A stretch of DNA of 64,000 nucleotides, taken from Thermoanaerobaculia bacterium (GTDB lineage: Bacteria; Acidobacteriota; Thermoanaerobaculia; Multivoradales; Multivoraceae). Below the pieces are notes generated by a model. The model did no database searches. It was not told the DNA's origin and worked only from the letters and a program-made list of their open reading frames with translations. Shown in pieces: positions 48,101 to 56,982 of the stretch (position 1 is its first letter; each line of letters begins with the position of its first letter). Where the stretch lies: contig OY762911.1 in the NCBI GenBank assembly GCA_963666565.1, positions 4,288,001-4,352,000 on the forward strand, in the 5' to 3' direction. A program made the position numbers and the translations under genes.

Positions 48101-50812
48101 CGTCGCCAGCTTCGCCGTGAAGGTGCCGCTGCCACCCTCGGTCACCGTACTGCTCGCCGGGCTGACGACGACAGTCCGCGTATCGTCGTCCGTCACCGTC
48201 ACGCTCACCGAGGCCGACACGTTGTCGTAGCCCCCGCCGCTGGCGCTCAGGTTGACGGTCGTGCTTTCGTTGGACGCGTCCGCGTCCTCCACGCCCGTCA
48301 CCGTCACTGTCTGGAACGTGTTGTAGTTCGTCGTCGTGAACGTCAGGCTCGCCGAGCTCACCGTCGCGACCGTCGTGTCACCGCTCGACACCGACACCGT
48401 CACGTCGGCCGTCGGAAGCGCCGCCAGCTTCACCGTGAAGTCCCTCTTGTCCTCCGCGGCCGTACCCTCCGTGACCGTCAGACTCGTAGTGCTCACGGTC
48501 AGATCGACTATCGCGATCGTGAACGTCAGTGACGCGGTGTTCGGAGATGGCGTGGCCGAGTCCGTCGCCGTGTAGGTGTACTCCGTCGCGTCCTGCGCCG
48601 CGGTCGGCGTGCCCGAGAGCGTCCGCGAAGAAGAAGACGCGTCGAACGACAGACCCGCCGGCGGCGTCGGCGACAGCGCGTAGGTGAAGGTCCCGGTGCC
48701 GCCAGTCGCCGCCGGCAGGGCCTTCGATGTCATCGCCCGGTTGCGGATCAGGGTCATGTTCGAGATCGTCTTCCCGAACGACGGTGGGGGCGTCGCCGCC
48801 ACTACGGAGACCGTGAACGTCAGTATGGCCGCGTCGCTGTCGCTCCGGTTGTTGTCCGAATCCGTCGCCTTCCATGTACACGTCGTCGCGTCCAGCAACG
48901 CCGTCGGCGTGCCGCTGATGGTCCTGTTCGACCGGGTCACGCCGGTAGGCAGATTGCAGTTGAACGCGTGCGACAACGGGCCATTGCCGCCGGTCGCATC
49001 GGGAAGGGTGATCGGCGTGATCGCTACGTCCTTCGTCCAGACCTTGTCTCCGACGTCCTCGTTCCCGAATGAGGGGGCCGTGTCCTTTTCCACCGTCACG
49101 CTCACCGACGCCGATTCGTTTCCGTAGTCGCCGCCGCTGGCCTTCAGGTTGATCGTGACGCTGCCGGCCTTCTTTCCCGTCACTGTCACTTCCTTCGTGG
49201 AGCTGTAGTTGAAAGCGTTGAACGCCAAGCTGCTCGGGCCCACCGTCGCTACCGTCGTACTCGTGCTCGTCACCGACACCGTCACCGGTTCGCTCGGCAA
49301 CGTCGCCAGATTCGCCTTGAAGACGCCAGTTTCGCCCTCCACGATCGACAGGCTCGTCGGATCGACATCGATGCCCCGCGAATCGACGTCGTTCACCGTC
49401 GCGGCAACCGACGCCGTGCCTTTGCCGCAGCTTTCCTCGCTCGATTCCAGGTCGATCGTCACGTTTTCGTCCCACGCATCGGGGTCACGGACGCCACTCA
49501 CCTTCACCGACTTCGTGGTGTTCCAGTTGGAAGTGCTGAACTGCAGGCTCGAACTCACCGTCGCCGCCCCGGTGTCGTCGCTCTCCAGTGTCACCGACAC
49601 CGTGCCGGCTGGCCTGGCCGCCAACTTCACACCAAAGGAGCCGTTGCCCCCCTCGTTGACCGTCAGCTTCGGCAAGCTGGCGACCGGAGCCGGCGTGTCG
49701 CCAGCCGTGACCGTCACGCTGACCGACGCCGAGACGTTGTTGTAGCCGCCGCCGCTCGCCCTCAGGTTGATCGTCGTGGTCTTGTTCGTGGCGTTGCAGT
49801 GCAGAACGCCGGTGACCGTCACCGTCTTCGCCGCGGTTTCGCCCTTGTTGAAGATCAGCGTCGCCGGACTCACCGTCGCCGTTCCGGCAGCCCCGCTCGA
49901 AACCGACACCGTCACCTTGCCCGTCGGCGGGGTCGTCGGCGCCACCGTGAACGTCCCCGTCGCTCCGCTTTTGATCGTCAGGTTCTTCGGGCTCGCCGTG
50001 AGAGCGGGCCGTTTCGCCCAGATCTGGAAGGTCAACGTATCGGCATCGCTGTCCGCCTTGTTGTCGTCCGAGTCCTCCACCTTCCACGTGCAGTTCGTCG
50101 GCCCCCACGCCGTTGCGGGCGTGCCGACGATCTGCATCTTCTTCCGGCTCACGCCATTGGGCAAGTAACACGACACCAGCGAGTACTTCAAAGCTCCGTT
50201 GCCGCCAGTGGCCGACGGTAGATCCACCGCTGTGATCGCCTTGCCCCTCTCCCAAACCTGGTCGGAGATCGTCTGGTCGCCGAACGTTGGCGCCGTGTCC
50301 GGCTCCTTGTTCGTCACCTTGATCGTCACGCTCGTCGTCTTGTCGCCGAAAGGAGTGCTCGTGAGAGCCTCGACGATCGGTCCGATCGGTATGTTGACCT
50401 TGTCCGTGCGGCGCGTCATCTGCCACTGGAAGACGTAGTCGCCCTCCTGTTTCGGCGCCGTGATCTCCATCGTGAACTCGCGCTGCTGGTTCGGCGCCAC
50501 GCCCGAAACCCCCACGCTGTCGACGCCCCAGCCGTTACCGAGCGCGATCAGCGCGTAGCTGGTCACCGTCCCTCCCGAAACCGTGGCGCGCCACGTCGTC
50601 GTGCCGATGTTCCGCATCGTCACCGTCACCGATTTCTTGCCGCCCGGTTTCATCGTCAGCGATACGCCGGAGTACGAAACGAACGACGCGTTGTCTCCGC
50701 CGCGCGCCGCGCTGGCGGTGAACGCGAGGGCGGCGAACAGCACTGCCGCCGCCCCGCGGCGAAGCGCCGCACTGCCGGTTCCGACCGTTCTCGAAGTCGT
50801 CGCGTCCCTCAT
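42197..50812 (-). CDS. 2871-aa modular surface protein/adhesin (NBR1-Ig-like, putative-Ig and Calx-beta-like repeats; C-terminal CBM-like domain)
   Basis: Signal peptide; 6 x 'FVSY.G.P..TVTV.MRN.GTTTW...F.W.M'; 10 x 'PSFG...LP.A.GG.G.L.Y.L...LP.G..F.....LSGTPT'; 7 x 'L.V.EG.SGTF..KLA..P...VTV'; Thr-rich. Confidence 0.85.
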   Translation of the reverse strand: MRDATTSRTVGTGSAALRRGAAAVLFAALAFTASAARGGDNASFVSYSGVSLTMKPGGKKSVTVTMRNIGTTTWRATVSGGTVTSYALIALGNGWGVDSVGVSGVAPNQQREFTMEITAPKQEGDYVFQWQMTRRTDKVNIPIGPIVEALTSTPFGDKTTSVTIKVTNKEPDTAPTFGDQTISDQVWERGKAITAVDLPSATGGNGALKYSLVSCYLPNGVSRKKMQIVGTPATAWGPTNCTWKVEDSDDNKADSDADTLTFQIWAKRPALTASPKNLTIKSGATGTFTVAPTTPPTGKVTVSVSSGAAGTATVSPATLIFNKGETAAKTVTVTGVLHCNATNKTTTINLRASGGGYNNVSASVSVTVTAGDTPAPVASLPKLTVNEGGNGSFGVKLAARPAGTVSVTLESDDTGAATVSSSLQFSTSNWNTTKSVKVSGVRDPDAWDENVTIDLESSEESCGKGTASVAATVNDVDSRGIDVDPTSLSIVEGETGVFKANLATLPSEPVTVSVTSTSTTVATVGPSSLAFNAFNYSSTKEVTVTGKKAGSVTINLKASGGDYGNESASVSVTVEKDTAPSFGNEDVGDKVWTKDVAITPITLPDATGGNGPLSHAFNCNLPTGVTRSNRTISGTPTALLDATTCTWKATDSDNNRSDSDAAILTFTVSVVAATPPPSFGKTISNMTLIRNRAMTSKALPAATGGTGTFTYALSPTPPAGLSFDASSSSRTLSGTPTAAQDATEYTYTATDSATPSPNTASLTFTIAIVDLTVSTTSLTVTEGTAAEDKRDFTVKLAALPTADVTVSVSSGDTTVATVSSASLTFTTTNYNTFQTVTVTGVEDADASNESTTVNLSASGGGYDNVSASVSVTVTDDDTRTVVVSPASSTVTEGGSGTFTAKLATQPTADVTVSVSSGDPGAATASPATLTFTTTNYTTAQTVTVTGKQDADASDESVTVGLTAAGGDYANVSASVAVTVDDDETAALTVSPTSLTVAEGGSGTFTAKLATQPTANVTVSVSSGDPGAATASPASLTFTTTNYATAQTVTVTGKQDADAADESVTVGLTAAGGDYANVSASVGATVTDDDTKAVVASPTSLTVAEGGSGTFTAKLATQPTANVTVTVSSGDTTAATASPSSLTFTTTNYNTTQTVTVTGEQDADAANESTTVDLTAAGGDYASVRASVAVTVTDDDSADKQPSFGGKTIPDMTLTQNRAMTSTVLPAATGGDGTLAYSLSPALPAGLSFDSSPSSRTLSGTPTATLAATTYTYTATDTDGDTATLTFAIAVSAAPAIPTFSETIRDRTWVKNVSIGTVTLPKAIGGTGSLSYSLTGTLPAGVTFDASARTLSGTPTKKQSAVTYTYKATDTAAKSATLTFTIRVDGKASDGAAFVSYTGVPSTMTAGSTATVTVRMRNAGTTTWTSAAAYQLGSQRPADNTTWGLKRVALPASTPPNATADFSFSITAPAKTGSYKFRWRMLKGAAGWFGAKSTLETIAVSAAPDTSPSFGTPPLDRTWVKNVSIGTVTLPAATGGNGKLAYSLTGTLPAGVTFDATARTLSGTPTKKQAATTYTYKATDTDGDAATVTFTIRVDGKASDGASFVSYTGLPSTMAAGSTATVTVRMRNAGTTTWTSAAGYQLGSQRPEDNTTWGLKRVALPASTPPNATADFTFTITAPAKTGSYKFRWRMLKGAAGWFGAKSTLETIAVEADTTPSFGSSSILDKTWVKNVSIGTVTLPAATGGNGKLSYSLTGTLPAGVTFDDSTRRLSGTPTSKQDATTYTYKATDADGDAATLTFTIRVAGKASDGATFVSYTGVPTKIVAGGKATVTVRMQNTGTTTWTSANYKLGSQRPENNTTWGLKRVSLASDVAPNATGDFTFTIVAPTTTGSYKFRWQMIQGSSGWFGAKTTLNTITVEDPSFGDATVADQAWIKGTPIASLTLPAASGGTGALTYALTPSPPAGVTFTAATRTLAGTPTAAKAEAWYTYTATDTDGDKATISFRIEATEAPVDNAAFVSYSGVPSKIAAGGTATVTVTMRNTGTTTWTSAAGYKLGAQSPADNTTWVSSRVSVPSDTAPNATADFTFAIAAPSTTGSHAFAWQMVRDAATWFGDSTTSKTITVEDPSFGDATVADQAWVKDTAIATLTLPAASGSNATLTYALSPALPAGVTFAAATRTLSGTPTASQTGATYTYTATDGAGNKATLTFRIRVAAAAGDSAAFVSATGVPTKMAAGGTATVTVTMRNTGTTTWTTALGYKLGSQSPADNTTWGTNRVSLASDVAPNGEAVFTISITAPSTTGGHVFAWRMVRDPGSWFGDSTTSATIAVEDPSFGAATVANQSWTKDAAIASLTLPAASGGGGRVTYSLTPELPAGVTFAAATRTVSGTPTATLEATTYTYTATGRNGGKTTLTFSATVTEGASAWSSTALAPPSPSGAVDMFEYWLLPHGSALKVRTRLGDGRAAPAEGTAYLRSFWRGDLWGRKVALLGDPGGERYDIFEEVEGGLDYWGTFGGASAGGEARPSVALDRPFRWMNRFMAVGDVVEGPATGRLLSDRRRNQDGVLWATMRMEALSHRAAFEVPPVPGLVFEDVLEVRYWPDAARAEVHDTFFLARGYGAVYARRSGVASVVEWWAVEKALTPVAPAAPAVPWFDPFSPGWPKTAVLNGNLDDVAPGAGLEGERAGTSGAPRLDGGQDRAPAAPGWTAAWGDAAVARPPSGLDAGAWSLVLRGGGDGGDGGDATPGAAPDAAVTEDWIPIEGGTYQLSACMVRENARDNVFVDFDDGAGRDADFDDAHLVASSTGAWECRAMTKCIPASVGAIRIRAARDGANLGDAWFDRLELKRIAACEERPRRPTSDTRGRAVDGPPR
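43561..46920. repeat. Intragenic tandem repeats of about 612-627 bp (NBR1-Ig-like plus Ig pair)
   Basis: Near-identical DNA at a 627-bp offset (45573 vs 46200) and a 612-bp offset (44070 vs 44682). Confidence 0.85.
47230..48500. repeat. Four intragenic tandem 318-bp (106-aa) repeats
   Basis: Homologous positions at 47382, 47700, 48018 and 48336. Confidence 0.88.
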
Positions 50813-50851
50813 TTCAGTCGCCCTCCCTTCGCCGTCGGGTCGAACCTCCGC

Positions 50852-53800
50852 TCAACGCGCCGCCGCGCCGGCGACGCAGGCCAACGCTTCGGTGTCGACG
50901 ATCGCCGGGGCCGGCTGCCCGGCGGTCGTGCCGTACCTCTTCGTCGCCCCGGTCACCGAGTCCTCCACCAGCAGGTCGAGGCCCATGTCGGTCGCCGAGG
51001 CGGCGAACACCCAGTGGTGTCCGTTGATCGAGCAGCCGTCCAGGACCTTCACCAGCACCTCCCAGTTCTCCGGGTCGAGGAACCAGAAGAGGCCCGCCCT
51101 TTCCGTGCCCGCCCGCGCGACGAGGCCCTCGTGCCGCTCGCCGCCCAACGTGGACGCCTCGATTCCCACCGAGAACCGGCCGCTCCCCAGACACAGCGTC
51201 GTCGGGCCGGCCTCGCACCGGCCCGCCGCCCTATCCGCCGCCGCGAGCCCGGGCGCGTAAGCTCTCGCTCCGGTCGCGAACCCGCCGAACGCCCCGTCGC
51301 CGGCGCGCTCCGAGGAAGCCGCGCCGGCCGTGGCCGCGTCGCCGCAGGCCAGGGGGAACGCCTCCGTGTCCACGATCGCCGACGCCGGCCGGTCCCGATC
51401 GTTCCAGTACGACCGCGAATCGCCGGTGACCGTGTCCTTCACCCGTATCCAGTAACCCAGATCGGTCGTCGAAGCGCCAAGTACCCACATCCGCCCGTTG
51501 ATCGCGCAGCCGTCCAGCACCTTGATCAGCACCTCCCAGTTCTCCGGATCGAAGAAGTGGAAGAGCCCCGAGTCGTTCGTGCCCGCGGGAACGACCCGGC
51601 CGCGGCCTCCTCCCCCCTGGCTGAACCAAGTGTCCCATTTCATCTCGACCTTGAAGCGCGAGTCCCGCAGGCACAGCGTCTCCGCGTCCGGCGTACAGGT
51701 ACCACGCGGCGCGGCCCCGATCACGGCGGGGAGGGAGAAGCCCCGCTCGTTGTACGCGTACACCCTCGTCGCGAACAGCGGGTCGTACCCCCACCCGAAC
51801 GGGACGAAGGCCGTCTCCGTGTTCGGAGGAACGCGCGCCACCCGGGAAACACCCGACTGAACCTCGAAGCCCAGTTCGTCGTCCGAGTTGTCCTTCCAGC
51901 TCAGGCGGGCCGTTTCTCCCTCGACGACCACGGAAAGGTCCGAGGGCGCCCGAGGCCCCGCGCCGCGAGCCCCCAGAGTCAGATGCGTCCGGGAGGGCAG
52001 GCTACCCCCATGGCTGTTGGTGGCCGCGACTTCAAACGTGTAGCGGCCGCCTCGGGCAAGCCCCTCGATGTCCACCGGGCTCCGGTCGGTCGGGGGCGAG
52101 TGGCGCCAGCCCTCGAGGAGGGCACTGACCCAGTAACTGTCGCTCCCGGGCTTTCCCGTCCAGCTCACCCGCACCGTCGTCGGCCCGATGGCCGTGGCCG
52201 TGAGATCGGCGACGGGACCTGGAGCGAGCGGATGGCGTCGCCAGCGGAAGGCCGCCGACTCGCCGGCCTCCGAAGCCGCAGTCTCATGGACCGCGAACAC
52301 CCGCACTCGGTACTCGCGGTCCCGGGGCTGTACCCTCGGCTCCCGGAAAGACTCGCTCGTCTCGTTTGGCAATGGCCATCTTCGCCCGACGGGCTCGCCG
52401 TCCTCCAGAAGTTGCACCTCGAACCCGATCTCGTTGTCCGAGTTGTCCGTCCAACGCACATGCACATGTGACGAGGATGCCTCCGCGACTACGTCAGACG
52501 GCGCCCTGAGCGGCTCGCCGGGGATAGCCAAGTAGGCGTAACCGCTCCGCAGGGACCGCTCCTCCCCTTTCGTCGCCAGCACGTGGCACTTGTAGGTCGT
52601 GCCCGGTTCATGGCGTTCCAGAGGAATCGTCGCCCGAGTACTGCCTTCGACCCGCCGAACGGTGTCTCTGCCATGGAAGTCGTAGCACCCCACCTCGTAC
52701 CCGTCCGCGTCCGGCGCGTTGCCCTGCCAGGAAAGGCGCAGGAACTCGCCGTCCCGCCGTATCCGAAGGTCGCTCGGCGGCGCCGGCACTCCCTCCATGG
52801 AACGCAGGTGGTCGCTGTAGCGCGCGCCGATGTGGACCGTTTCCCGCAACAGCCGCTCGTTGTCCCGCACGCCCGCGATGCCGACCGCGGCGCCCCAGGG
52901 CCGGAACCGCGGCGTGGAGAAGAACGGCTCGATCTGGCCCGGGTAGCTCATCGCCGTGCCGATGCTCGGCATCGCGTCGTCGTTCCAGTGGCCGAAGGCG
53001 TAGGGCCTGAACGCTGTCTCCGGCGCCTTGGTCGCGGCCGGGTCGTGGTTGGCGCCCAGATTGTGGCCAATCTCGTGAACGAAGGTGACGACGTAGTCGC
53101 AGTAGCCGGCGTTCGACGTCCAGGCGTAGGCGGCGTTGGCAAAGGTCCGTGCCGTGTCGCCCCTCTGCAGCGGGAAGGCTTGGCCGCAAGGGCCGGTAAG
53201 GGCCGGGCCTTCGCCCGTGAAGAGATGCACCAGGTCGGCCCGGTGTTCATGGCGCAGGCGCCACTGGTCTCCGTCCTCCCAGAGGAGCATCAGCAGGGGG
53301 CGCTTCGGAAAGCGCAGACGTTCGTCTCTCATGGCCCGGTCCAGAACGGCGGACGCCTGGAAGGCGTGGACGATGTGCGGCTCCACCGGGAGATCGTTGT
53401 TGCGAAACACCATCTTCAGGTAGTCGCCCGCGTGGCGGATCGCAGCCTCTGGTCCGCCGATGCCCGCCCAGTTCTCCGCCGCCGTCGCCGTGTACGCCAC
53501 CAGGATGTCCAGCCGGTCGTGGCTCTGCGGACTGCTCACCGGCTGGGGTAAATCGGCAGAGTGGGCCCCTGTTCGGGTATGGGCCGCAGCGTCGTGGGGG
53601 TGCTCCTCGATTGTCTCCACCTCGCAGAAGGGCACCCCCTCCGGCCGCGGACCGCCGACCGGCGCCATCCCGCCCCGGCCGTCCGACGCCGCATGGATCC
53701 GGTAGGCGCCTCCGCCCGCGGCCCCGAACCGGCCCACCAGGCGGCCGCCCTCCACCGTCAGCACCACCGTGTCGTACCCCGCGTCGGGGTGGCCGCCCGA

Positions 53801-54115
53801 CCACATCAGGTCGCCGCCGCCGCGGTCCTCGAAGACGCTCCGCTCCGCCGAGAGGACGCTGCCGTCCGGCGTCGGCACCTCCAGCCAGGGCGGCGCGCTC
53901 CGCAGCAGGCCCAAGTCCACCTGCACCGCCGTCGGAACCGGCCCGATCAACGGGCCTAGATCGTCCGTTGAGGACGCGTCCGCAACGCCCGGGACGAGCG
54001 TCAGCAACCGTTGCGCCTGAGCCGCGGAAGCCGGCGCAAGGAGAAGCGCCGCCGGCAAGCCGCACGCCAGCGCTGCGCGGCGGCATCCAGCGAGCAGTGA
54101 AGCCAACGGAATCAT
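50852..54115 (-). CDS. Secreted reprolysin-like (M12) zinc metalloprotease with Fn3-like domains and two Cys-bounded 'VKVLDGC' domains
   Basis: Signal peptide; prodomain with PFCEV; HEIGHNLGANH; Met-turn TAMSY; APSDL...W.DNSD.E.GFEV Fn3-like repeats; start may be 54148. Confidence 0.88.
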   Translation of the reverse strand: MIPLASLLAGCRRAALACGLPAALLLAPASAAQAQRLLTLVPGVADASSTDDLGPLIGPVPTAVQVDLGLLRSAPPWLEVPTPDGSVLSAERSVFEDRGGGDLMWSGGHPDAGYDTVVLTVEGGRLVGRFGAAGGGAYRIHAASDGRGGMAPVGGPRPEGVPFCEVETIEEHPHDAAAHTRTGAHSADLPQPVSSPQSHDRLDILVAYTATAAENWAGIGGPEAAIRHAGDYLKMVFRNNDLPVEPHIVHAFQASAVLDRAMRDERLRFPKRPLLMLLWEDGDQWRLRHEHRADLVHLFTGEGPALTGPCGQAFPLQRGDTARTFANAAYAWTSNAGYCDYVVTFVHEIGHNLGANHDPAATKAPETAFRPYAFGHWNDDAMPSIGTAMSYPGQIEPFFSTPRFRPWGAAVGIAGVRDNERLLRETVHIGARYSDHLRSMEGVPAPPSDLRIRRDGEFLRLSWQGNAPDADGYEVGCYDFHGRDTVRRVEGSTRATIPLERHEPGTTYKCHVLATKGEERSLRSGYAYLAIPGEPLRAPSDVVAEASSSHVHVRWTDNSDNEIGFEVQLLEDGEPVGRRWPLPNETSESFREPRVQPRDREYRVRVFAVHETAASEAGESAAFRWRRHPLAPGPVADLTATAIGPTTVRVSWTGKPGSDSYWVSALLEGWRHSPPTDRSPVDIEGLARGGRYTFEVAATNSHGGSLPSRTHLTLGARGAGPRAPSDLSVVVEGETARLSWKDNSDDELGFEVQSGVSRVARVPPNTETAFVPFGWGYDPLFATRVYAYNERGFSLPAVIGAAPRGTCTPDAETLCLRDSRFKVEMKWDTWFSQGGGGRGRVVPAGTNDSGLFHFFDPENWEVLIKVLDGCAINGRMWVLGASTTDLGYWIRVKDTVTGDSRSYWNDRDRPASAIVDTEAFPLACGDAATAGAASSERAGDGAFGGFATGARAYAPGLAAADRAAGRCEAGPTTLCLGSGRFSVGIEASTLGGERHEGLVARAGTERAGLFWFLDPENWEVLVKVLDGCSINGHHWVFAASATDMGLDLLVEDSVTGATKRYGTTAGQPAPAIVDTEALACVAGAAAR

Positions 54116-54232
54116 CGGGAGACTGCGATCAGCAGACCGTTCAGGCAATGGGAACCAGAATCATACCCATTGATGCGACCAGACCTCGAAATGTCGGGAC
54201 CGCAGGCCGCCGCCGTCGTGACGAACCTCCGC

Positions 54233-55039
54233 TCAACGCGCCCCCGCGCCGCCAACACAGGCCAGCGCCTCCGTGTCGACGATCGCCGGCGACGGCTGGC
54301 CTGGCTCGTTCCCGTAGGACCGCGACTCGCCCGTCACCGTGTCGGTCACCGCGATCCGGTAACCGAGGTCCGTCGTCGAAGCGCCCAGCACCCAGACCCG
54401 CCCGTTGATCGAGCAGCCGTCCAGCACCTTGACCAGCACTTCCCAGTTCTCCGGGTCGAAGAACCGGAACAGGCCCGAGTCGTTCGTGCCCGCGTGAACG
54501 ACCCGCCCGGCGCCCGACTCTCCGGCCGAGGTCCGCCACTCCATCTTCACCTCGTAGCGGGAGTCCCGCAGGCAAACCGTCTCCGCATCCGCCCGACAGG
54601 AACCGGCAGGCGCGGCCGCCTCCACCAGCACCGTCCGCGTCGCCGAGTCCGAACTCGAGCCGTCGCTTACCGTCAGCGTGACGGTGTAGAACCCCGGCGT
54701 GGACCACGTGTGCATTGGCGACGCCGCGTCCGACGAGGCGCCGTCGCCGAAACTCCAGCGCCGCTCGGTCACGCCGCCGCCGCTCGTGTCCACGAGCCTC
54801 ACGGGCGTCCCCGTCAGCGCCCGGCAGAGGTCCTCGCTGCAACGGATGTGGAGTCCGAAGGATGCCTTCACCGGCCCGCGCGGAGTTTCCGCAGCGCGGC
54901 GAGTGCTGTATCCGCGCTCGTTGTAGGCGAAGACCCGGATGGTCTTTGCGGAGGGGGTCAGGTCGACGAATGGCCTGAAGACGACTGTTTCCGTATCCGC
55001 GGGGACCGTGAGCTCCCTGTCCCAGTTTCGGGTTCCGTG
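54233..55039 (-). pseudogene. 3' fragment of a related surface protein (Fn3 end, PKD domain, 'VKVLDGC' domain), cut by IS21
   Basis: RVFAYNERG; WSFGDG.....P.HTWSTPGFYTVTLTVSD; FFDPENWEVLVKVLDGC; 5' end abuts the IS end. Confidence 0.82.
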
Positions 55040-55162
55040 TGTTGGGGGCAACTGTAAATCTCCCATTCGTGGCAACCGAAAACCGCACAGTAGGCGGTTT
55101 GCGGTAGCCGCTCCGTCGATCGATGCTGTCGGCTTCGCCAACGGCAATGGAGCGACGGATGG

Positions 55163-56188
55163 ATGTACGGATGGGAGATCAGGATGCAGTTGAGGCACTA
55201 CCTGGAGCGAGGCGTCTCGAAGGCGGAGTTGGCCAGGCGGTTCGGCGTCGGTCGGCGGACGATCCACGCGTGGATCGAGTCGGGCCAGTTGGACCGCGAT
55301 CTGTCGGCGGGCGAGGCGCGATACTCGCCGCGGCCGCGGGTCGCTCACAAGCTGGACCCGTACAAGGAGTTGATCGAGGTTCGGCTCGGCGAGTTCCCCA
55401 AGCTGTCGGCGAAGCGCCTGTTCGATGAGGTGCGCGCGGCTGGCTACGACGGCGGCTACAGCCGCGTGAGGGACTACGTGCGGGAGGTGCGGCCGCGGCC
55501 TGCTCAGGAGCCTCCGGTGCGGTTCGAGACGCCGGCGGGCCATCAGGGCCAGGTGGACTTCGGCACGTTCAAGCTGCCTTGGGGACGTCGGCATGCGCTG
55601 CTGGTGGTGCTCGGCTACTCCCGGCTGTTGTGGCTGCGTTTCTACACGCGCCAGACGATGCCGGTCCTCATCGAGGGGCTTGAGAGCGCCTTCGGTCGGT
55701 TCGGCGGCGTGCCGCAGGAGCTCCTCTTCGATCAGATGCGGGCCGTGGTCGTGTCGGACGACCGCTCCTCGGGCGGCGAGTTGGCGTTGAACGCCGAGTT
55801 TCTGCGGTTCGCTGCCCACTGGGGGTTCGTGCCGCGGTCGTGCCGTCCCTACCGGGCGCAGACCAAGGGCAAGGTGGAGCGGCCGATCCGATACGTGCGG
55901 GAGAGTTTCTTCTACGGTCGGCCCTTCACGAATGACGCCGACCTGAATGAGCAGGCCCAGCGCTGGCTGGAGGGCACCGCCAATGTGCGCCGGCACGGCA
56001 CGACGGGCGAGCGCCCGGTGGACCGTTTCGAGCGTGACGAGCGCCAGGCGCTTGGTCCCCTGGCCAGCCAGCCGTACCGGCGCCTGGGCGCTCGGCAGCC
56101 CGAAACGGCGGCCCGGCGCCGCTTCAAGGCGCCGAAGGTACAGGTGCAGCGGCGTCCCTTGCGGGAGTACTCGGAGGCGGTCCGATGA
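55163..56188 (+). CDS. istA: IS21 transposase
   Basis: N-terminal HTH; RFETPAGHQGQVDFG; LGYSR; LFDQM; QTKGKVER. Confidence 0.95.
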   Translation: MYGWEIRMQLRHYLERGVSKAELARRFGVGRRTIHAWIESGQLDRDLSAGEARYSPRPRVAHKLDPYKELIEVRLGEFPKLSAKRLFDEVRAAGYDGGYSRVRDYVREVRPRPAQEPPVRFETPAGHQGQVDFGTFKLPWGRRHALLVVLGYSRLLWLRFYTRQTMPVLIEGLESAFGRFGGVPQELLFDQMRAVVVSDDRSSGGELALNAEFLRFAAHWGFVPRSCRPYRAQTKGKVERPIRYVRESFFYGRPFTNDADLNEQAQRWLEGTANVRRHGTTGERPVDRFERDERQALGPLASQPYRRLGARQPETAARRRFKAPKVQVQRRPLREYSEAVR

Positions 56189-56982
56189 AGGCTCCGGCTG
56201 GCGACCGGCGGGCTCGGCTGCGGGCGATGCTGGCGGACCTGAAAACGCCCGGGGCGCTGGAAGCCGTGGACGGCATCCTTCACCAGGCCGACAGCGGCGC
56301 GGTGACCGCTTCCGAAGCGATCGAGGATCTGCTTTCGGCTCAGATCGTGCTGCGCAACAACCGCCGGCTGCAGGCGGCGATGCGCTCGTCGCGCCTGCCG
56401 GCGGTCAAGACGCTCGACCAGTTCGACTTCAGCTTCCAGCCCAGCATCAAGCGGGAGCAGATCGAGAGCCTCCACGAGCTGGGCTTCCTCAAGCGCGCCG
56501 AGAATGTGATTCTCCTGGGCCCGCCCGGGGTGGGCAAGACGCATCTCGCGATCAGTCTGGCGATCACGGCCGCCGAGTCGGGCCGCAAGGTCTACTACGG
56601 CACGCTGGCGGCCCTGATCGAGTCGCTGACCGAGGCGAAGGCCGCGGGAAACCTGTCGCGTCGGCTCCGGGTCCTCACCCATCCCGCCTTGCTGGTCGTG
56701 GACGAGATCGGCTACCTGCCGATCAGCCAGGACGGCGCAGTGCTCTTCTTCCAGTTGATCAACGCCCGGCACGAGCGGGCCTCCACGGTGCTCACCTCCA
56801 ACAAGGGCTTCGAGGAGTGGGGCGGCGTGCTCGGCGACGAGATCATGGCCGCGGCGCTCATCGACCGCCTCCTGCACCACTGCCACATCGTCAATATCCG
56901 CGGCAACAGTTACCGGATGAGGGCCCACCAGGACCTCCTGCGCCCTGCCCGCGAAGAGCGTAGCCAGAAAGCCGGCTCATGA
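56185..56982 (+). CDS. istB: IS21 helper ATPase
   Basis: FDFSFQP; GPPGVGKTHLA; VDEIGY; TSNK; DRLLHH...G.SYR. Confidence 0.95.
   Translation: MKAPAGDRRARLRAMLADLKTPGALEAVDGILHQADSGAVTASEAIEDLLSAQIVLRNNRRLQAAMRSSRLPAVKTLDQFDFSFQPSIKREQIESLHELGFLKRAENVILLGPPGVGKTHLAISLAITAAESGRKVYYGTLAALIESLTEAKAAGNLSRRLRVLTHPALLVVDEIGYLPISQDGAVLFFQLINARHERASTVLTSNKGFEEWGGVLGDEIMAAALIDRLLHHCHIVNIRGNSYRMRAHQDLLRPAREERSQKAGS

Noticed and set aside
40139-48532. 2797-aa plus-strand ORF and other long ORFs (2518-5502, 12521-15688, 61513-63576)
   Set aside because: Arg-rich antisense shadows of well-supported opposite-strand genes, expected in high-GC DNA.
54233-55996. 587-aa ORF as an intact gene
   Set aside because: Its N-terminal half is the antisense of istA and the IS end; only 54233-55039 is host-derived.
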